Of a stretch of 6,711 nucleotides of DNA, positions 1 through 6,711 are shown one piece after another. Each line of letters begins with the position of its first letter. The stretch's first letter is position 1. The notes under the pieces are model-generated. The model was not told the DNA's origin and made no database searches. It saw only the letters and a program-made list of their open reading frames with translations. The DNA is from Trichoplax adhaerens. Its lineage: Eukaryota > Animalia > Placozoa. The position numbers were made by a program, and so were the translations under genes. The stretch is taken from positions 1 to 6,711 of the forward strand of contig NW_002061296.1 of NCBI RefSeq assembly GCF_000150275.1. The letters are read 5' to 3'.

Positions 1-99
1 TATTGTTATCATTAATTAATCATCATTGTAATAAATCTGATGCAAATTTTACTTTATAATAAAAACTCGTAAACAAGCCGTCAATTTAATTGAAACCAA

Positions 100-613
100 T
101 CATTCAAGAAGTTCGTAAGACCTAGATTGGACAGTCTGGCTATGAGTTTTTACGTGCATTTGTCATTCTGATTAAAATGCCATTTACAATGTAAGTGGTA
201 ACAATAACTTTTGTCATCGTTATTGATAATGCTTTATCTGGTTATGACATATGATAAAAGACCGTGGCAATTTATTAAGGGGAAAAAAAATTGGTTGCTA
301 TAGCTCAAACAGTGCCTCTAGCTATTGAGCAAAAAATTTTTAATTGCTGAATCTGCCAAAAATATTATTTTGTATTTATAGCTTCATTGTCATTTACGAA
401 TACTTATTTAATGCGTAAATTTGCCGTTTATTAGTTCAGACACAGTGATATTACGCAACCCGAATTCATTTTGTGGGTGGTGCCATTTAACTGTAACAGA
501 GTTAAAATAGATGACTAGAATCGAATTTTGGATTTCATTATTACATTAAGAGAAGGCTGCATTGGTCTATTTGAGACTAGATAACGTCAAATTCCAAGTG
601 CGCAATTTTAATC
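100..613 (-). pseudogene. Second (membrane-distal, D2) tyrosine phosphatase domain remnant
   Basis: After an acceptor (ctacatcatAG, ends 614): HLEFDVI (600-580), NAAFS*CN (563-540), KSKIRF*SSILT (535-500), like LEF...A.LPCN..KNR...I.P. Then TYIVNGILIRMTNARK / THSQTVQSRSYELLE* (196-100), like LAR D2 [27 protein letters not shown] (recalled from memory). Confidence 0.5.
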
Positions 614-663
614 CTATGATGTAGATAAAAAAGTTGATGACAAATGCAGTAGATTAATTAGTA

Positions 664-843
664 ACACTGATACATTATTATCGGACTAGCCTTTAGCCGT
701 CCACTTTGCTGACTATTACTCTATTTGTCAACAAACATTCAAAACACAGCTGTTGTGCTTTTTGATCTATACCCAATACGTTAACATTGTGTCATGATTT
801 GCTTGTTTGCAAAGTAGTAAATGGAAGACGCGAACGTACGCGT
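664..843 (-). pseudogene. Tyrosine phosphatase domain 1 remnant, C-terminal part
   Basis: ACG CGT AC- GTT CGC GTC TTC CAT TT- ACT ACT TTG (843-810) restores TR(T)VRVFH(F)TTL with two 1-nt gaps, versus consensus R.VRQFHFT.WPD. Then TMLTYWV*IKKHN (790-752) and SPIIMYQC (687-664), versus GPIVVHC. No intact WPD or HCSAGxGR. Confidence 0.5.
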
Positions 844-959
844 ATTATAGTCCATAAACTTATGAAAAGCAGGTGATGTTTGATTGTCTCATCTTGAGTG
901 TCATTGCCATTATGAAGTATCTATTCAGCTTACGCAATAGGGGAAAAATTTACTTTTAA

Positions 960-1535
960 TCTAAAATTATGTCTCTGTGAATGTTCTTATAAGTAAATCT
1001 AGATGCATATTGTATTTATGTATTGTCTTTATATAAATTAGTATAATTAAAAATTATCTTGATGAATGTTCGTATCATATTACGGTGATTGATTACTTCG
1101 GTGTTATGATCGTCTTACAGCAAGGTCACTAACGGCGTCCGTATTATTTTGTTTAATGTAACTTAACCTAAATCCTGTCTTTAAGCTTATATAATTAAAA
1201 CTTTAACTTGATAGATATTAGTATAAACACATATACCTTTATAATACGGTTACCGTTTACGATCTTATTGCAATACCTAAAGATCTTGTCATTATATACG
1301 TTCGTACAGGATAATTAAATATTAATATCAGTTATCGATGTAGGTTGTTTTTACATGAGTTCATAGGACTAAAATCTTATCTTGATGGATTTGCATGTAA
1401 TACATTAATAATTAGATGGGTTCATATACTGCAATTATATTTTGATATAAATTGTCTTGAGATAAGTTCATATGACTAAATTCTATCTTGATGGATGTTT
1501 AAATAATACTGTATATAATTTTATAAGATAAGTGT
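960..1535. repeat. Degenerate higher-order tandem repeat, left block (same family as 1920-2580)
   Basis: TATCTTGATG at 1055, 1378 and 1484. CCGTTTACGATCTTATTGCAATACCTAAA (1253-1281) matches CGTTAACGATCTTATTGTAATACCTATAA (1969-1997). GATGTAGGTTG..AGTTCATAGGACTAAAATCTTATCTTGATGG (~1337-1388) matches ~2099-2149. Confidence 0.8.
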
Positions 1536-1613
1536 AGTGTATTTAGAATGTATTGTAACTATATTCGACTCTTAAATATAGACATGTTGTATTGCTCTTA
1601 TATTTAGACACAT

Positions 1614-1763
1614 CTACAGTCCGCTTACTTCACATTCATATATAGTATTTAGTTATAACAGTACTTGCTGTTTGCTACAATCGTCAGCGATGTTGTAACC
1701 TGTTATGGTATATGTTGTATCTAATTCTACAATCCTATTCTCTGCATGTACGCTATCTTTAAA
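1614..1763 (-). pseudogene. Isolated FN3-like coding fragment within the repeat region
   Basis: One frame reads FKDSVHAENRIVELDTTYTITGYNIADDCSKQQVLL*LNTIYECEVSGL*. TTYTITG and L.LNTIYECEVSG resemble FN3 strands E-F (TTYTITGL.PNT.YE.EVSA). Confidence 0.45.
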
Positions 1764-1919
1764 CTATACGACAGCTTGCATGCTGGTCTACCGTAACTAC
1801 CTCACTTGTATATACTTTACTACTTAAAATAAAAGTATAACTTTTATACAACTTTTGGTGTACTAATTGTAAATGGCAACTAAATCTCAATCCTTCGAGA
1901 TATCAAACCCTCCATCACA

Positions 1920-2580
1920 ATAAGACTTTAACTTAAATTATAATGCAACTAGAAAATGACACCTGCATCGTTAACGATCTTATTGTAATACCTATAACCT
2001 TTCTTTATGTCAGTTCATATATCTTGTTGTTATAGACATTCCTATCATTAAATCTTGATGCATGTTGTCTCGATATAAGTTTATATTAATTAAATGGTGA
2101 TGTAGGTTGCCTTGGTATAAGTTCCTATAAATAAATCTTATCTTGATGGCTGTTCATATAATAAATCGTAAGAAAGTCTAGAAAGATAAGATTTTAAGTT
2201 AGATTAGTATGTAATGAGAAAATAACAAGTACGCCGTTAACGATCTAAATGTAACACCTAAATCTTGTTTTTATACAATTTCATATGACTAAATCTTATG
2301 CTAATAGATGCTCCTATAATTCATTTTATGAATCTGTATTGAAGGTAAGATTTTAAGTTTCAATTAGAGTGCAACTAGAAGATGAAATATACACCACTAA
2401 TGATCTTATTTCCGTGTAACCCTTAAAAATCTTATCTTTATAGATGTTCCTCTGATTAAATCTTGATTTAGGCTTTATTTTAATAGAAGTTCATATTAAT
2501 TAATCTTGATGTAGGTTATCATGGCATAAGTTCACGTAACTTAATCTTATCTTGATGGATGGATGTTCGTATAATTATCG
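1920..2580. repeat. Degenerate higher-order tandem repeat, right block
   Basis: Three recurring modules. C: TAAGAyTTTAAsTT..ATTA...TGyAA...GAA..CGTTAACGATCTTATTGTAATACCT at ~1921, ~2187, ~2346. A (~42 bp): AATCTTGATGTAGGTTGTCTTG..ATAAGTTCATAT at ~2051, 2092, 2458, 2502. B (~30 bp): AAATCTTATCTTGATGGATGTTC.TATAA at ~2133, 2291, 2427, 2543. Confidence 0.85.
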
Positions 2581-2667
2581 TACTAATCTGTCAAACAGAC
2601 CAACAGAATAACAATGAAAATACCTATATATAAGCGACCTTGTCTAAATAGATAACCTGGCCAACCC

Positions 2668-2769
2668 CAAACACATAACGGAAGTGGTCAGATTTTTTAT
2701 CATATAGATTTCTCAGCCAATAATCAAGGAAATTTTCTACCTGAGGACTGGTAACAATTTATCTCCACT
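2668..2769 (-). pseudogene. Tyrosine phosphatase domain 1 remnant (IxTQxP / DFW / IVML motifs)
   Basis: After an acceptor (ttttattgcatAG, ends 2770): IVTSPQVENFLDYWLRNLYDK (2758-2696), then frameshift to LTTSVMCL (2691-2668). Matches the PTP consensus IxTQxP...T..DFW.MV.....T.IVML. Confidence 0.55.
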
Positions 2770-3170
2770 CTATGCAATAAAATAGCAATTAGATGATAGG
2801 CAAATTGAAAAGTGGCAAGTTAGACTTATTTCGTTACTTAAATTGCTTATGTTTATTAAGGGTACTTCTAATTGTAAACAACTTGGAATATTTCAAAGTC
2901 TATTACAAGGGAATAATTCATCGATGCAATGACTTCATTTTATAACATAGAACGCCCATATAAGCTTAGCTTAAATCAGATTCTTGTCTAATTAAACTAC
3001 TTCGAGGCTATTATCAAATCATACTAGTCCTTTTCAATTTTTTATGTCGGTCAATAAAAACCGATACATCATTAATAAATGGAATTATCTTAAAAAACAA
3101 CTGAGATGAGGCACTGCCTGCTGTAGCTTGCTGTTATAAATTCAAATTGTACGTGAGAAAATTAAACTAC

Positions 3171-3300
3171 CACATAGCTAAATCTATGAGTCTACTGTCA
3201 GGTTTGTTCTCTTTGACTTCTACCAACAGTACAACTCTAGATACCGATAATCTTCTATCATTAGGAGGAATAGTAGTCACTAGTTACTCTTTAGATAAAA
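3171..3300 (-). pseudogene. Putative cytoplasmic juxtamembrane exon remnant
   Basis: Bounded by a ttggcttcAG acceptor (ends 3301) and a GTagtt donor (3170). Reads LSKE*LVTTIPPNDRRLSVSRVVLLVEVKENKPDSRLIDLAM with one stop. No diagnostic motif. Confidence 0.3.
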
Positions 3301-3490
3301 CTGAAGCCAAACTTTATTAAAAAATCAGTCAATTTATAGTCACTGTACGTAAATATTATTTATTAGTACATAGACAATATTATAAACTATGCAGTTATCT
3401 ATCAAAGCATGTATAACGCCAAAGATGACGGTATTTAAACGAATACCTAAGTATATAATCTGACGAAAACAAGATAAGCATAAGTTAATG

Positions 3491-3509
3491 AGTGTCACTT
3501 CGTGACACT
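3491..3509. other. Perfect 8-bp inverted repeat with 3-nt loop
   Basis: AGTGTCAC-TTC-GTGACACT, read directly from the sequence. Confidence 0.9.
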
Positions 3510-3529
3510 GGCTTTACTATAATTGATTT

Positions 3530-3607
3530 TTAAATCAGGTAAAGGCCTAAAGCTGTGGCTACAGCCAAATAACATAATCTCTGACCCGTCGCAAATGATA
3601 CAATTAT
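3530..3607 (-). pseudogene. Transmembrane helix remnant
   Basis: IIVSFATGQRLCYLAVATALGLYLI* is 25 mostly hydrophobic residues (interrupted by QR), lying between the ectodomain and phosphatase remnants. Confidence 0.55.
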
Positions 3608-3715
3608 CTTAGCATGTAGGCTTCTTCTAATACCTCTAGATAAAGTGTGACAGGTTACAAGTTATAGCTTAGAGTTTAGTCTTACTTCAACTAATTATAA
3701 TTTATGGAGTTTTTA

Positions 3716-3775
3716 GTGGCCATATTTATTTAGTCACCAACTGGGTTGCGGTCCATAAAAATAAGGTTCATAATT
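3716..3775 (-). pseudogene. Possible receptor-PTP membrane-proximal segment remnant
   Basis: NYEPYF, VGD (3741-3733) and NKYGH (3730-3716) in shifting frames resemble the PY...VGD...YG.Y.N.PL motif found just outside the membrane in FN3-type RPTPs. Short, weak match supported mainly by position. Confidence 0.35.
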
Positions 3776-4144
3776 TTACTTGAACTAAAATACAAATGCG
3801 TTTCACCTAAGTATCGACTATCCTATCAGGACAAAGTCGTCAAAAATTCGAATTGTATAGCAGCTAATGAGATAAAAGTATGACGTAGTTTCAAAAATTC
3901 TACTATTGTTATCGATATCGATATATAAAGTTCGCTTAAATATAAAATATCTATATAAAGATACTCTGTGGGCACTATTAAGGACTTATTACTGAATTAT
4001 ACTAAATAAACACAGCTTATTATACGGTAATTTCGCTTTTTAACAGAGAAGATTACGTTGGCTGATATTCAATAAAATCTTATAAAATTGATTTGTTGTA
4101 AAATTAAATATATTTGTATACAGTATCTCTGTAATCGTACTATT

Positions 4145-4410
4145 CCGCCACAGCCGACGCTGTTACACGCCTTACTTTTATAGACATGTGTGTGCTTTAC
4201 AATTTTATGATGTAATATCATCTAAATAGATAAAAATCAAGCATGCTTTGTTATTAGAAACTTGCTATTTTCAGATCTATGCAATAATTTAATATCTAAA
4301 GAAATTATAAAAAATCAATGTTCAAAATTTGAAGAATATTCTTATTAATTGTACAGGTAAAAGTATGGATCTCCATTATCTTCTATGTATATTTTTCAAG
4401 AAAGTATTGG
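4145..4410 (-). pseudogene. Fibronectin type III domain remnant
   Basis: ILS*KIYIEDNGDP (4407-4366; TGA at 4398-4396 where the conserved Trp TGG is expected). NCKAHT and SIKV, then a 1-nt shift to ACNSVGCG (4170-4147). Fits FN3 LSW..P..DNG.PI..Y ... L.P.T.Y.I.V.ACN.VGCG. Confidence 0.72.
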
Positions 4411-5091
4411 ATTCAATAAGCCTGAGTTCCTTTTAATTCACGAAAAATAGAGCTGTCGTTACTCAGTATTTCGAATCGAACATAGAGTTGAGCTATTCAA
4501 TTTGACCGATAAATTTCAAGAGGATTTCCTGAAATTTCCATTTTTCACGAATTTTTATGTAATCATTATTTGCAGTAGGAAATTTAAGACCGTTGGTATT
4601 GTAGATAGAGACGCAGAAACTGAAAATAATTACTTGACTCTCTCAGTATCATCTTTTATAAAACATTGTGTAAGGACTAAGATGATCGATATTGGTAGTC
4701 TAATTTCTAAGAGTGCTAAAATTTTCAATTCAGTTATTGTGCCTTTAAATGTTCTTCCAATAATAGTGTGAATAAGGGTGTCGTAAAATCAAGGCAGTTG
4801 TACTTTAACTATCTTTATAGTGTGATAAATGTAAGCGAAATAACCAGTAGATACCGTGAAGAGATAAATATATATTAATTGTAATCCAATCCAAATGCTG
4901 TGCTATTTTTGCCCTTGTTTACGCATAAATGCATGAAACAGATAAAAAATGGCCTTTTTTTATTGTCGCCATGGGAATGCCGTAAATACAAAAACCGGTC
5001 CTTTTGCTAATTGACATTTATTGATGTCATTCTTCATCCCTTCAAAATTATGAGACAGCTGCATTTATTTCATATTTTATCCGCTATTGAC

Positions 5092-5186
5092 CTACAAATT
5101 ATATTAACTGAAAAATGATCCATTTAGAGAATACTATTTATGCTACAATTGGCCCAATTTATAGACATTTACGTCTATGATATTAC
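5092..5186 (-). other. Putative 95-nt spliceosomal intron remnant
   Basis: TCAG|GTAATA ... tttttcagttaatataatttgtAG|G between LRR-like segments; alternative acceptor at 5108. Confidence 0.5.
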
Positions 5187-6348
5187 CTGAAACCGAATAG
5201 ATCTTACAAAGCATAATTATCTTATGGCCTAAATTGAAACATTTTAAATATCTAATCAAACAATAGTACGTATAAATTATAAATATATGTAAACTAATTA
5301 GTTCTAGCAAAGTCGACGACTAGGTTATTAATTCATATTTTAAGCATGAATAAGTCTTCTGTATAGATGATATAAAATTAACGTTTAGATTATTCTTCTT
5401 TTTAATCGTCATAACTGTTATAGTATGATTAGTATCAAATATATATTGTGGGTTTTTATTTTGCTTTACATTTTAAGAATATGTCTATGTTCAGATTACG
5501 AAATTTCTTTGAAATTTTTCTTTTCTTCGAAATGAAAGAATGCATTTATTCTGGCTTTCTATGAGTCACAGATAATTATGTTCATGCGATTATAATAATT
5601 TATTAGACTTCTGATCATATTGTTTGAGGATGGTTATATATTGCAAATACCAAAGCTGTATTGATTAGTCTATAGTTTAAGCATCCGATATTGTTGGGGT
5701 GAGTTTAAAATTTATGAAGCCTAGATAGAAAGCACGCTAGCTTAGTTTAAGATTTTGCTTTGAGTAAATAGGTGAAAAAATATTCAGTCAGCAAATTATG
5801 TAATCAAGTTAATATACAAATTTAAACTTCATTACATTATAGTTGGGCTAGAAATTTGAAATAAAACGTTATCTAGAAATAAAATGAAAGCTAATATAGT
5901 TATAGTTCTAATTACGAGATAAAATATTTTTAATTATTTATTTCTTAAATTTCTGTATTATAAGATGTTTATCTTTGTATAAACGATAGAAATTATCATA
6001 TTATTGCTAAATTTTTACTTATAATTTTAGTTGACTCCTCAAATATCGGTTTGGACAATCGTACAAATTCTAGAGTGTACAGGTTTGTCTGAAAATTTCT
6101 AATTTCACAGTTATTTACTAGCATGTCTGTGTTTACTTTGATTTTTATATAGTAACTATTTACAAGTAGCGAAAAATTACTTGAAATTTAAACGCTATTT
6201 CTTGACTGTAACAGACTCAATATCAATTTCTTCAATAGTTCGTATCCGGAGCTATATTTGTAATCAGCTCAGTAATCTCAACTGTGAAATACTTACAATA
6301 TTCCTATAAATCATCGATTGGTGATAATTTTTCAAGGATTGAGGTGCT

Positions 6349-6415
6349 CTAATAGTAACAGAAGGGAAGAAATGTAAATACGCGTACAATTATTGAATTA
6401 CAAGTAATAATATAC
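6349..6415 (-). other. Putative 67-nt spliceosomal intron remnant
   Basis: ACAG|GTATAT ... pyrimidine tract tttcttcccttctgttactattAG, between LRR-like segments. Confidence 0.5.
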
Positions 6416-6625
6416 CTGTAACTATTTTAAGATGAATTGCTGATAATTTTGGGTTATGAATTAAAAGTAAGATCGAAACTAAAACGGATACTATTTTTCC
6501 GAGTTTGATAATTTATTTTGTACTGACGGCTTCATGGTAATCTATATGTCCATACTAGTATTATAATATCTCATAACGTTCTAAAAGATTCATGAAACAT
6601 TTTATTAGACTTAACCAAAAAAACA

Positions 6626-6711
6626 GAGGGTTACATTGCTTTTTAGGTTATTAGGAGAATCGGTATTTTCGTAAGCTTTAAGGAGCAACTAGTAAGATTT
6701 TGTCATTACAT
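6626..6711 (-). pseudogene. LRR N-terminal cap (LRRNT) remnant
   Basis: SCSLKLTKIP (6690-6661), then frameshift to PNNLKSNVTL (6655-6626). Resembles the LRRNT consensus C....LT.IP..LP.NVT.L. Confidence 0.6.

Larger units (their letters stand above)
4500..6625 (-). pseudogene. Degenerate leucine-rich repeat array (extracellular type)
   Basis: Fragments in shifting frames: ITMKPSVQNKLSNSEK* (6541-6491); SILLLIHNPKLSAIH (6476-6432); ITNIAPDT (6264-6241); LVNNCEIRNF (6121-6092); PQYIFDTNHTITVMTIKKKNNLNVNFISSIQK (5451-5356); YLKCFNLGHKII (5250-5215); NMK*MQLSHNFEGMKN (5076-5029); GIYWLFRLHLSHYK (4855-4814); FYDTLIHTIIGRTFKGTITELKILALLEIRL (4788-4696); MEISGNPLE (4541-4515). These fit LxxLxLxxNxIxxIxxxxFxGL; the last has the GNP typical of the final repeat before an LRRCT. 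Confidence 0.72.
60..6711 (-). pseudogene. Heavily decayed, intron-containing pseudogene of an LRR + FN3 single-pass receptor-type protein tyrosine phosphatase; probably extends past both window edges
   Basis: Minus-strand motif remnants are collinear in the order expected for a type I receptor: LRRNT, LRRs, FN3, TM, PTP, PTP. Many in-frame stops and frameshifts; no long minus-strand ORF. Inferred from manual translation. Confidence 0.7.

Noticed and set aside
126-418. Apparent two-exon plus-strand hydrophobic peptide (126-190 GTAAGT...TATAG 382-418; IGQSGYEFLRAFVILIKMPFTIFIVIYEYLFNA*)
   Set aside because: The first acceptor is weak, no family is recognised, and the first exon is the codon-aligned antisense of the PTP-D2-like MTNARK segment. 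Not fully excluded without RNA-seq.
436-510. Plus-strand NPNSFCGWCHL resembling a PSI-domain CGWC motif
   Set aside because: Isolated four-residue match in a short frame without the other PSI cysteines.
960-2580. CRISPR array or coding repeat (plus-strand SYLDGCSYN resembles a cysteine-containing LRR)
   Set aside because: Copies are highly divergent and variably spaced, intervening segments are themselves repeats rather than unique spacers, there are no cas genes, and no frame is maintained between copies.
3186-3320. 44-aa plus-strand ATG ORF (MSLLSGLFSLTSTNSTT...)
   Set aside because: Short, no motif, and codon-aligned antisense to the putative juxtamembrane exon.
3910-3923. 14-bp palindrome TATCGATATCGATA
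   Set aside because: Explained by a 6-bp tandem duplication of a self-complementary hexamer; no supporting context.
4502-4771. Supplied 89-aa plus-strand ORF
   Set aside because: TTG start and no recognisable motif. It lies codon-aligned antisense to the LRR-like frame FYDTLIHTIIGRTFKG..., so it is best explained as a shadow ORF.
1-6711. Alternative genetic code or stop readthrough rescuing the minus-strand gene
   Set aside because: TAA, TAG and TGA all interrupt motifs, and many frameshifts are also needed, so recoding cannot restore a frame.
1-6711. tRNA, rRNA, transposase/RT genes or prokaryotic operon structure
   Set aside because: No such signatures were seen by eye, and coding density is far too low for a prokaryotic or phage region.

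Overview
AT-rich (roughly 70% A+T by eye) DNA that looks eukaryotic, with no intact protein-coding gene. Manual translation of the minus strand across all three frames shows an ordered series of decayed motifs broken by stops and frameshifts. From right to left: an LRR N-cap and many leucine-rich repeats (~6711-4500), a fibronectin type III domain (~4410-4145), a possible receptor-PTP membrane-proximal segment (~3775-3716), a transmembrane helix (~3607-3533), and remnants of two tyrosine-phosphatase domains (D1 at ~2770-2668 and ~843-664; D2 at ~613-100). Short GT-AG intron-like segments persist. The simplest reading is an old unprocessed pseudogene of a single-pass LRR-FN3-TM-PTP-PTP receptor, an ectodomain combination absent from the classical R1-R8 receptor PTP classes. 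D1 is split by ~1.6 kb of degenerate, hierarchically built tandem repeat (~960-2580) that encloses an out-of-place FN3-like fragment. The one supplied ORF is probably an antisense shadow. All domain calls are by-eye motif matches with no database search. A compact non-bilaterian animal genome (e.g. placozoan-like) is only a guess.
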